From an uncultured bacterium (lineage in GTDB: Bacteria > Margulisbacteria > WOR-1 > JAKLHX01): a stretch of DNA of 41,424 nt. The stretch is from NCBI GenBank assembly GCA_964603025.1, contig CAZRTO010000003.1, positions 1 through 41,424 of the forward strand, written 5' to 3'. Positions 1 to 7,438 of this stretch are shown here, one piece after another. A program made the position numbers and the translations under genes. The notes beneath the pieces are model-generated. The model searched no databases. It saw only the letters and a program-made list of their open reading frames with translations, and was not told where the DNA came from. Position 1 is the first letter of the stretch, and every line of letters begins with the position of its first letter.

Positions 1-2145
1 CGGCCACGCCCCGCCGAAGGCGAGGCTCCGCTAAAGCGGGGCCGAGGGCAGGCAGACATCATCCGTCATCCATCATCCGTCATCCGCCTCTACGAAGCGG
101 CCGACAGCCATACCGAAGCCTGCATTGTAAAAGAGATACTGAAAAACAAGAAAGTATCCGGATCCGATACTGTTGTCGTTCTGCCGGAACATGACATGCT
201 GCTCCCTGTGATAGCGCAGGCTTCCCCTTATATGGAGGATTTCAATATTTCTCTGGGATACCGCCTTGCGAGAAGTTCTGTTTACTATCTGTTGATGTCC
301 ATCTTCAAAGCCCAGAGCTCAAGGAAGAAGAACGGCCATTATTATTCCAGGGACTATCTTGAGGTCCTGATGCATCCCGTCGCCAAGAACTGGGAGGAGG
401 CGGTCGAGAGCCGCAGCGCCAGGATACTTGTGCACACTATAGAGGAAGCTCTCAAAGGACGGACGGTAACGGGAATATCCGGGAGCCTGTTCATAACCCT
501 GAAAGCGGTAGAGGATGACCCGTCGCTTTTATCCCTGGCTGTTGAAGAATCCGGGGCCGGATCGAACGGAGCAGACATGAAAAGGGCGCTGGTGTTCCTG
601 CATGACGTCCTTTTCAGGAACTGGGAGGACATAGGCACATTCTCTCAGCTCGCGGGGGCGGTTTCCAGATTCCTGGACGGCGCCGGGAAGCTGGGTCTAT
701 TAAAAAGCCATCCCATGAACTACGCGGTCGTTGAAAGGCTGTACGAAAAATGCGATGAGATAAAGAACTCTTCGTTCGCTGAAGAGACCTTTTCGAAGGA
801 CGATCTGATGCGGATATTCGATGAGATGATGTCCTCCGAAAAGGTCAACTTCCTGGGGACCCCGCTGAAAGGCGTTCAGGTCCTCGGGCTTTACCAGACC
901 CATTCCATAAGTTTTGACGATGTTATCTTGACCGATGCCAACGAAGGGAGCCTGCCCAAAGTACGCCCAAGCGAGCCGCTGATACCTAAAGAAGCGATGC
1001 TGATGACGGGGCTTGGGCGCGTCGAAAAGACCGAAGAAATAGAAAAATACCAGTTCAGGCGGCTTCTGGCCTCGTCTAAAACGGCGCATATCATCTACCG
1101 AAGCGACGACCGCTCCGAACGGAGCCGTTTTGTCGAGGAATTATTGTTGGAGCAGGAACGCGCTTTAGTACCTGCCTGCCGGTCAGACAGGCTTCAGCGC
1201 TTCAGCACTTCAGCTCCTCTGATCTTGACTGCGGCTTTCAATATCAATCCAATACCGTCAAAGACGCCTGTTAAGAAGACAAAACAGCAGGCGGATTTCC
1301 TCAAGCAGTTCGAATACTCGCCGACATCCGTTAACGCGTATCTTACCTGTCCGGTCAGTTTCTACTATGGTTATGTCCTCAGGCTCAGGGAACGGGAGGA
1401 CATGCTCGAACAGATAGAAGGCCGCGATATAGGCACCTTTATCCACGAGCTTTTTGAGGATGCTTACAGGCCGTTCGCTGGCAGGTCCCCGGTGCTCAAT
1501 GCCGGGTTCTACGAATCGCTCTTTGCCGCGTTCGAGCGCAAGTTCAGTTCCGAACTTGCCATGCGCATCAGGAGCGGGGATTTTATGCTCAAGGAGACCT
1601 TGAAAGCCGCTATAGGCAAGTTCGTCTCGCGCGAACGGACGCGCGATGTGGATAAGGTGATTGAACTCGAAAAAGAATACAGGACGATATTAAAGGTCCG
1701 CGGCAGCGATATCGTTATGAAAGGGAAGATAGACCGCGTTGACCTTATGCGCTCGGGCGAGATAATGATCCTAGATTACAAGACCGGAGGTTCTGATATC
1801 AAACCGTCCACTGATGTCATAGAGGTATCGTCCGCGTCGGGGGACCGAAGAGCGATAAAGAAAAAAATAAAGTCTCTTCAGCTTCCGGTGTACGTCGGTC
1901 TGGTATCCGAGAAGTACGCTTTTGAAAAATTAAATCCCGCTTTGTATTCCATAAAGAATGCCGAGCTTTCCAGTCTTTGGGAGGATCATCTTGGCCTGCC
2001 GGAACGGAAAGAGCTTTATCAGGGATATATGTCCGCTCTTGACTCGCTCCTTTCGGAAATATTGGACCCGTCAAAGGATTTTGAGCCGGATGACAGCGAT
2101 GAACGCATCTGTTCACACTGTCCGTTCTCGATGATGTGCAGGTAG
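1..2145 (+). CDS. PD-(D/E)XK nuclease family protein, AddB/RexB-like C-terminal nuclease domain with Fe-S cysteines (5' partial)
   Basis: Frame 1 has no stop from nt 1, so the listed ORF 196..2145 probably continues upstream of the window. Motifs: YLTCPVSFYYGYVLRL, GKIDRVDLM..ILDYKTG, QLPVY and terminal CSHCPFSMMC. This gives one upstream Cys plus a CxxCxxxxxC bracketing a RecB-type nuclease core, as in AddB. Confidence 0.75.
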   Translation, partial: RPRPAEGEAPLKRGRGQADIIRHPSSVIRLYEAADSHTEACIVKEILKNKKVSGSDTVVVLPEHDMLLPVIAQASPYMEDFNISLGYRLARSSVYYLLMSIFKAQSSRKKNGHYYSRDYLEVLMHPVAKNWEEAVESRSARILVHTIEEALKGRTVTGISGSLFITLKAVEDDPSLLSLAVEESGAGSNGADMKRALVFLHDVLFRNWEDIGTFSQLAGAVSRFLDGAGKLGLLKSHPMNYAVVERLYEKCDEIKNSSFAEETFSKDDLMRIFDEMMSSEKVNFLGTPLKGVQVLGLYQTHSISFDDVILTDANEGSLPKVRPSEPLIPKEAMLMTGLGRVEKTEEIEKYQFRRLLASSKTAHIIYRSDDRSERSRFVEELLLEQERALVPACRSDRLQRFSTSAPLILTAAFNINPIPSKTPVKKTKQQADFLKQFEYSPTSVNAYLTCPVSFYYGYVLRLREREDMLEQIEGRDIGTFIHELFEDAYRPFAGRSPVLNAGFYESLFAAFERKFSSELAMRIRSGDFMLKETLKAAIGKFVSRERTRDVDKVIELEKEYRTILKVRGSDIVMKGKIDRVDLMRSGEIMILDYKTGGSDIKPSTDVIEVSSASGDRRAIKKKIKSLQLPVYVGLVSEKYAFEKLNPALYSIKNAELSSLWEDHLGLPERKELYQGYMSALDSLLSEILDPSKDFEPDDSDERICSHCPFSMMCR
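61..88 (+). repeat. four tandem heptamers ATCCGTC/ATCCATC/ATCCGTC/ATCCGCC inside the AddB-like CDS, preceded by an 8-bp hairpin (24-43, loop TAAA)
   Basis: Read directly: ggctccgc-taaa-gcggggcc at 24-43, and heptamers at 61-88 encoding ..IIRHPSSVIR.. Confidence 0.8.
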
Positions 2146-2157
2146 AGGCGCCAAATT

Positions 2158-3924
2158 TTATGGGTTGAGCTGTCTTGTTAATTCTTTGTTTTTCTCGGTG
2201 GATTCATCTAACAAACAACGCAACATCCCATTTTCTGAATCCTCGATCTGTCCGTTGCTTAAAGCTTCTCGCAAATCTTTTATTATTGCCAGAAAATCTG
2301 AAGAAAAATATCCGGCATCGAATCTCTCGCCGTCCATATCAATGCATTTCTTTAGGAATAATTTGTCAAGAGTTCTTATCCTGTCTATAAAACCCCTTAT
2401 TACCGAACTGTTGGCATTTCTCCCTTTCCATGACAAAGTGCTGTTTAGATATCTGACCAGGTCTATGCTCTGAGACTCCCACAACTCGAACAATTCCGCG
2501 ACATTTTTAACGGCATTATTTTTATAGCCGATTATTGGATGAGAGACCGTGTCAAGATGGATATCAGGAGATGCATACCCATTTCTTATCAGCCTCTTGG
2601 TGAGCTGACTCCCGGCTTGCGGTCTGAGTGTCGAAAAAATCCTAGAACCATTTTTGTCCAGACCGGTCTGATCTATGAATGACCAGTTATCTCTTAACAC
2701 TTGCATTGTATCTTCTGGCGAGAAAAAAATGAATCCGACTTCATACTGCATTCCGATCACATCTCTTAATAATCTCATTGCCTCCCGGTTCTCTTCAACG
2801 GTTACTCCTTTTGCATATGTCCTGCGCAATTGTGTCGGGCTCCCGGACTCGATCCCAAGGTAAACCTTTTTGAATCCGGCTTCTTTTAAGGTCTGGAAAA
2901 GCTCTATCCTTCTTTTATTCTTTTCATCCTCGCCATCTTTAAATATCGTATCGACCCTTGCTGAAAAATGCGACATCGATATATCTCCATATCTTTTTCT
3001 AAGGGCCATTATTCCTTTTGCAATGTCCTCTGCTCTTTCAATCGTCTCATCTATTTCACAATCTGCCATGCTGCCTAAAAATTCCGAATCATTTGCCCAA
3101 AAAGTAAAACCGTTGTCATAGCCGTATCTGGCCCAGAAAGAATCTCTGCTGAGCCTGATGAACCTTTCCATTCTATCCATCATAAGATCCTTTGAAAAAG
3201 GTCTCCATTGGTGATGTGAGCCAAGATTTTGATACAGCCCTCCTATCGAACAAAAAGTGCATCTGTGCCATGAGCAGCCTCGGCTGAATTCGAGCCCAAG
3301 GCCCCAATCATCCAAAAATAATTCTGGAGCGTTGTCTTGAGTCAGTATCGGATAGCTTGATAGGTCAAGAGCCTGTTTTTGGATGTCTCCTTCAGGGCTA
3401 GTTCTTACATTTGCTATTCCTGAGTAATTATCCGGATTTCCGATATCCGGCAAGCCGGAAGCTCTCTCTACTATTTTGCGCAGCGCTTCTTCTCCCTCTC
3501 CTTCAACAATGCAGATGCCAGCAAAATCCGGGTCTTCCAAAAGCTGCCGGCCTCCGAATGTAGCAATGCTGTTGCCAGCTAATATTAATGGGGTTGGTCT
3601 TATAGCCTTGGCTGTTCTGATAAAATGAGCCGCAGCCTCTTTTGTTTCCCATTTCATGGAAAGACCGACTATATCAGGCTTTTCACTTGTTAGTCTAGCT
3701 GACATATCGAAAAGCGCACGGTTATATCTAGTATCATGGTTTGTTATAGTTTTATATTCCGGGGAGTCTAATGTGTCTTGCATATCCATTATGCTTACAT
3801 TGACAGGAGCGGCGGACTTTGCCCTTAGATATCCTCCAAGGATTCGGACGGATAATGGTCCAAGAGGACGGACATAATAATTGCGAGACGCCAGATTGAT
3901 AAGAGAAACATTTATCCCAGCCAT
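2158..3924 (-). CDS. B12-binding-domain radical SAM protein (class B-like), function unknown
   Basis: 588 aa. N-terminal Rossmann-like B12-type domain (DIVGLSMKWE...LILAGNSIATFGG...VEGEGEEAL). Cluster motif FSRGCSWHRCTFCSIGG. VYLGIESGS motif. AAGGAG SD 8 nt upstream of the ATG. Confidence 0.85.
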   Translation of the reverse strand: MAGINVSLINLASRNYYVRPLGPLSVRILGGYLRAKSAAPVNVSIMDMQDTLDSPEYKTITNHDTRYNRALFDMSARLTSEKPDIVGLSMKWETKEAAAHFIRTAKAIRPTPLILAGNSIATFGGRQLLEDPDFAGICIVEGEGEEALRKIVERASGLPDIGNPDNYSGIANVRTSPEGDIQKQALDLSSYPILTQDNAPELFLDDWGLGLEFSRGCSWHRCTFCSIGGLYQNLGSHHQWRPFSKDLMMDRMERFIRLSRDSFWARYGYDNGFTFWANDSEFLGSMADCEIDETIERAEDIAKGIMALRKRYGDISMSHFSARVDTIFKDGEDEKNKRRIELFQTLKEAGFKKVYLGIESGSPTQLRRTYAKGVTVEENREAMRLLRDVIGMQYEVGFIFFSPEDTMQVLRDNWSFIDQTGLDKNGSRIFSTLRPQAGSQLTKRLIRNGYASPDIHLDTVSHPIIGYKNNAVKNVAELFELWESQSIDLVRYLNSTLSWKGRNANSSVIRGFIDRIRTLDKLFLKKCIDMDGERFDAGYFSSDFLAIIKDLREALSNGQIEDSENGMLRCLLDESTEKNKELTRQLNP

Positions 3925-4010
3925 TGTTGATCTCCTTCTGTCTTTATATCGGAGAAAAATGTGGAAAATCTCATTCGGTCTTTACAAGCCCTCGAGTTCG
4001 GAGCACAGGG

Positions 4011-4952
4011 CTATTCTCTGAATATGATCCGGCCTTTTATCGGCGCGGTGCTTTCATGTTCGAGCGGTCTTCTGATGCAAAAACTCAACTCTGTCCTCGA
4101 CCCGCTGATTTCTTTTGCCGTAATATGTATCACCCTTTCGCCGTCTTTTGAGGGCAGTTTAAGCGGTTCAAGTACAGTATCTATCTTCTTCGGGTCCCAC
4201 GAGCGAGATCCAAGGAATGTTCTTATTGCGATAGAGACCGCTTGTGCCGGATATGGGAACTTTGCCGGATGTAAGATGTTAAAACCGAACGAGCATTTCT
4301 TGTCAGGATGGTTTTCGCAGTGCTCAAAAACAGGCGGAGCTGGGAAAGACAGAACATTATTAAGATCTGCATCCTGCGGCAACGCCTGGCGGGCCAGATC
4401 GCCGAGGGTTTTTATTTGGCATCGAAAAAAAGCATTGTTGGAAGCTTCGTTTAAAAAGTACAGGTCGTTAGTCGTTCCGCCGACAAGGTTCGTATCTGCG
4501 GAAAAAGAACTTTCAATAAGAAATCTGGAAATAGTTACGAAACCTTGGAATGCTGATATGTTCTCTTCATCATCCAGGTTCATGCCTGCTAATGTCGGAG
4601 TAAGTGAAATCCAGGTCTTCTTGTTGTCCGAGATCGATGATTCAGTAATTCCTCTGAAAGGGTTTTCGTCAATATTAGGGAAGAGGATATTCGAATGCGC
4701 TCCTTTCAGCGAAGGCAAGTATCCGAATCTGATTAAGCCGTTATCGGTGGCGACATTAAAACACGTTACTTTTTCATCGTTCTGTTTGTAATCATGATAT
4801 AGGCGGCTATTTGGATCAAGGATCATGTCCGTGTGGTGCCTGAATTCAACTGTGTTAACGATCCGCGGTCTCTCCATCCCATGCCGCCACAGCGATATCC
4901 GCGTGATGCCGCTGGGGGGGATGGGGCTTGAGGTTGCGCCGTATATTTTCAT
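4011..4952 (-). CDS. hypothetical protein, paralog of the 220-aa protein upstream (shared PPSGIT..LWR.G motif) with an extra ~100-aa Cys-containing C-terminal region
   Basis: 313-aa ORF co-directional with the rSAM gene. Local similarity to the 5021..5683 product: IPPSGITRISLWRHG vs APPSGITKFRLWRTG; CFNVATD vs LFNIAID; AFQGFVTISRF vs AFDGSIRIARF; LGDLARQAL vs ISDLAHKAL. This supports the - strand frame over the antisense 276-aa ORF. Confidence 0.7.
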   Translation of the reverse strand: MKIYGATSSPIPPSGITRISLWRHGMERPRIVNTVEFRHHTDMILDPNSRLYHDYKQNDEKVTCFNVATDNGLIRFGYLPSLKGAHSNILFPNIDENPFRGITESSISDNKKTWISLTPTLAGMNLDDEENISAFQGFVTISRFLIESSFSADTNLVGGTTNDLYFLNEASNNAFFRCQIKTLGDLARQALPQDADLNNVLSFPAPPVFEHCENHPDKKCSFGFNILHPAKFPYPAQAVSIAIRTFLGSRSWDPKKIDTVLEPLKLPSKDGERVIHITAKEISGSRTELSFCIRRPLEHESTAPIKGRIIFRE

Positions 4953-5020
4953 TAGTATTTCTTTCTCAATGGCATCTGTTTATTCATCGAAAATCATTGA
5001 TGAGGATTTCAAGCGGGGGG

Positions 5021-5683
5021 TCAGCTTCCGGTGGCTGAGCCGTCACTACCCAGGAACTCTCCCGAAAGCGCCTTGTGGGCAAGGTCTGAGATCGTTACTA
5101 TGGGCCGGGGATCGTACGGCGGTTTTGTCAGCCGGCACAGATCAAATTCCATCGACGGATCCATCCTGGTCCATGCCGGGAGCCCGTTCTTTACAAAAAA
5201 GCGCGCGATACGTATAGAGCCGTCGAAAGCAGCGGCCTTGTAATCCTGTCCCAGAGAGTATATCAGCGAGTTCGTCGCGGACAACAGCATATTGACGGCT
5301 CCGGTCTTTGATATTTCCGTATTTCCGGTGAATCTATGCCCTGAATTGAAGGGCGCGTGTATATCGAGATGATTCGCGCGCTCGTTCTTTTTAAGCGTTA
5401 TCAGACCCAGGTATAATATGTCCCCGTCGATAGCGATGTTAAACAGAGTTTTTTTATGCCCAAGTTCCGCGATCGCCTTTCGCATCTCAAACAAGCCCGG
5501 CGAGCGGAATCCTTTGTCTCCCGTTCTCCATAACCTGAATTTTGTTATGCCTGAAGGCGGGGCGGCGATCAGTTCAGAAACTGCCCTGTCGCGTATCATT
5601 GCAAGAGAATTTACAACAGAGTGCAGTGCCGGGCCGCGGTTGAGGGGCGCGGCATGCGCCGGTATTAGCCTAATATTGGTCAA
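5021..5683 (-). CDS. hypothetical protein, first gene of the cassette, paralog of the 313-aa protein
   Basis: 220-aa ORF. TTG start (reverse complement of caa at 5681-5683) preceded by GAGGGG 8 nt upstream. Paralogy as described for 4011..4952. Confidence 0.7.
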   Translation of the reverse strand: MTNIRLIPAHAAPLNRGPALHSVVNSLAMIRDRAVSELIAAPPSGITKFRLWRTGDKGFRSPGLFEMRKAIAELGHKKTLFNIAIDGDILYLGLITLKKNERANHLDIHAPFNSGHRFTGNTEISKTGAVNMLLSATNSLIYSLGQDYKAAAFDGSIRIARFFVKNGLPAWTRMDPSMEFDLCRLTKPPYDPRPIVTISDLAHKALSGEFLGSDGSATGS

Positions 5684-5741
5684 TTGTATATCCCCTCATA
5701 TTATCTTATCGCCCAAAACAGGGGCCTGATTTCACTTTGTG

Positions 5742-5750
5742 TGATAAAAT
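5742..5750 (+). promoter_or_regulatory. extended -10 element (TGaTAAAAT) 9 nt upstream of the rmuC ATG
   Basis: tgataaaat at 5742-5750, then atctacacg, then ATG at 5760. No SD. Confidence 0.4.
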
Positions 5751-5759
5751 ATCTACACG

Positions 5760-6887
5760 ATGGCATATGTAGCGGTATTCATCCTCGGTTCCATTTTTGG
5801 CGCGGCTGCTGTGTTCCTGATCAACAGGTCGCAAATGTCGCATCTAAAAGACTCGTTCAAGGCGCTTTCTTCCGATGTTTTTTCCAAGAACGCCCAGGAT
5901 TTCCTTGCGATGGCCAACGAGGTCCTGTCGAAGTACACAAAGACCGGCGAGAACACTCTCGAAAGCAAAAAGCAGCTTATCGACCAGACTCTGGGCAACA
6001 TGAAGGACGATCTGGTGAAAGTTGCCGACCTGATGAAGACGCTCGAAAAGGACAGGGAGAACAAGTTCGGCGAGATTTCCACTCAGTTAAAATATACGGT
6101 CGAACAGACCACCAGGCTTCAGGACACGACGAACAAACTTCAAAGTGTTCTGGCCAGCACCAAGGCAAGAGGGCAGTGGGGCGAGCGGATGGCGGAGGAT
6201 GTGCTGCGCCTGGCGGGATTTGTCGAAGGGATAAATTACAGAAAGCAAAAAGCTCTCGAGTTCAGCACAAAAAGGCCGGATTATTCGTTTATTTTGCCGC
6301 AGGGCCAGATAGTCAACATGGACGTGAAATTCCCGCTCAACAGCTATCTTCAGTTTGTCGCCTCAGATAACGAAGTCGAAAAAAAGAGCTACAAAGAACA
6401 GTTCTTGCGAGATGTGAAGGGGCGGATCAAGGAAGTGACGACCAGGGACTATATTAATCCTGAAGATAATACTGTTGATTATGTGATAGTTTTTGTTCCC
6501 AACGAACAGGTCTATTCTTTCATCAATGAGTCCGACAACACGATCCTGGACGAAGCACTTAAAAATAAAGTGATCTTTTGTTCGCCGCTCACGCTTTACG
6601 CGATACTTGCGGTGATAAGGCAGGCGATGGACAACTTCAAGCTGGAAAAGACCGCGGCCGAGATGTCCGGTCTTTTCGGCACGTTCTACAAGCAGTGGGC
6701 CATGTTCACAAAGTCCATGGAAAAGATGGGCAAAAGTATCGACGACGCCCAGAAGGAGTTCCAGGTGCTTGTTTCAACCCGCCGCAACCAGCTGGAGCGG
6801 CCTCTCAAGAAGATCGAGGACCTGCGCGTGAGCAAGGGGATCCCGATAGCCGCGGAAGAGAACGGGACAAAAGAGCTTACAGAATAA
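5760..6887 (+). CDS. rmuC: DNA recombination protein RmuC
   Basis: 375 aa. N-terminal TM helix, long coiled-coil region, then RGQWGERMAEDVLRLAGF and a C-terminal nuclease-like domain typical of RmuC. Confidence 0.85.
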   Translation: MAYVAVFILGSIFGAAAVFLINRSQMSHLKDSFKALSSDVFSKNAQDFLAMANEVLSKYTKTGENTLESKKQLIDQTLGNMKDDLVKVADLMKTLEKDRENKFGEISTQLKYTVEQTTRLQDTTNKLQSVLASTKARGQWGERMAEDVLRLAGFVEGINYRKQKALEFSTKRPDYSFILPQGQIVNMDVKFPLNSYLQFVASDNEVEKKSYKEQFLRDVKGRIKEVTTRDYINPEDNTVDYVIVFVPNEQVYSFINESDNTILDEALKNKVIFCSPLTLYAILAVIRQAMDNFKLEKTAAEMSGLFGTFYKQWAMFTKSMEKMGKSIDDAQKEFQVLVSTRRNQLERPLKKIEDLRVSKGIPIAAEENGTKELTE

Positions 6888-6905
6888 TTTCGGAGGTAAA
6901 CAAAT

Positions 6906-7292
6906 ATGATGTACAAAGTCGAGGTCAAGAACAAAGGCGGGTCGGAAGTCTATGTTAAATCCGCGTCAGGACAGTTCGCGGTGGATCTGGACGGCAAGAC
7001 CGGCGTGACACCGCTGGACGCGCTGCTCGGATCGCTCGGCTCCTGTATGGCCTATTTTATAAGAAAATTCGCAAAGTCCGCGAATATCCAGATGGATATG
7101 TTCAAGCTCGATCTTGAAGCCGATCTTGTCTCTGATAACGGCTACAAGTTCAAAAAGATCAACGTTGCGATCGATACAGATGGGGCAGTCCTGGATGACG
7201 CGAAAAAAATGTCGCTTGTCGAATTTGTCAAGAATTGTCCGACGCATAACACGCTGAGAAGCGGGCCGGAAATAGAGATAAAAGTATTGTAG
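6906..7292 (+). CDS. OsmC/Ohr family protein
   Basis: 128 aa. PLDALLGSLGSCMAYF and NCPTHNTL motifs (two conserved Cys) typical of OsmC-like peroxiredoxins. GGAGG-like SD (cggaggtaaac) upstream. Confidence 0.8.
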   Translation: MMYKVEVKNKGGSEVYVKSASGQFAVDLDGKTGVTPLDALLGSLGSCMAYFIRKFAKSANIQMDMFKLDLEADLVSDNGYKFKKINVAIDTDGAVLDDAKKMSLVEFVKNCPTHNTLRSGPEIEIKVL

Positions 7293-7293
7293 A

Positions 7294-7333
7294 AAGGGCC
7301 CATAAAGGCCCGTAAAGGCATAAAAGGCGGAAG
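7294..7333 (+). repeat. ~40-nt intergenic repeat, copy 1: AAGGGCCCATAAAGGCCCGTAAAGGCATAAAAGGCGGAAG
   Basis: 32/40 identical (hand alignment) to the reverse complement of 33028-33067, and also similar to 32947-32986. Contains internal tandem GGCCCRTAAA units. Confidence 0.75.
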
Positions 7334-7378
7334 ACTCGCAGCTTACAGCACGCTCCCTTCGACAAGCTCAAGGTCGCT

Positions 7379-7410
7379 ACGGCTAACGGCTTTCTGAAAC
7401 CGTTAGCCGT
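7379..7410. repeat. perfect 11-bp inverted repeat (ACGGCTAACGG - 10 nt - CCGTTAGCCGT) between the convergent OsmC-like and mtaB genes
   Basis: Read directly. A weaker outer pairing (CTTACAGC / GCTGTAGG, one G:T) extends it. There is no T-tract on either side, so it is not a canonical intrinsic terminator. Confidence 0.7.
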
Positions 7411-7438
7411 GAGCTGTAGGCCCGACAGGGCCGTGCCG

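Noticed and set aside
61-88. Possibility that the heptamer repeats are a CRISPR array or a phase-variation tract
   Set aside because: The units are only 7 nt, contiguous, without spacers, and number four. That is far from CRISPR geometry. The repeats are imperfect and in-frame in both genes, so slipped-strand switching is not supported by what is visible.
3961-4791. 276-aa + strand ORF antisense to the 313-aa cassette gene
   Set aside because: The - strand product is paralogous to the neighbouring 220-aa protein, which is independent evidence for that frame. The + strand product is Ser-rich, has no motifs, and would run head-on into the operon.
5684-6370. 228-aa + strand ORF overlapping rmuC out of frame, plus other long overlapping ORFs (26960-27670, 28207-28893, 29335-30006, 12946-13620, 13295-13903, 35689-36288, 11203-11760)
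   Set aside because: Each overlaps a gene with clear family motifs. Their translations are Arg/Gly/Ser/Pro-rich or otherwise non-protein-like. They are treated as frame shadows.
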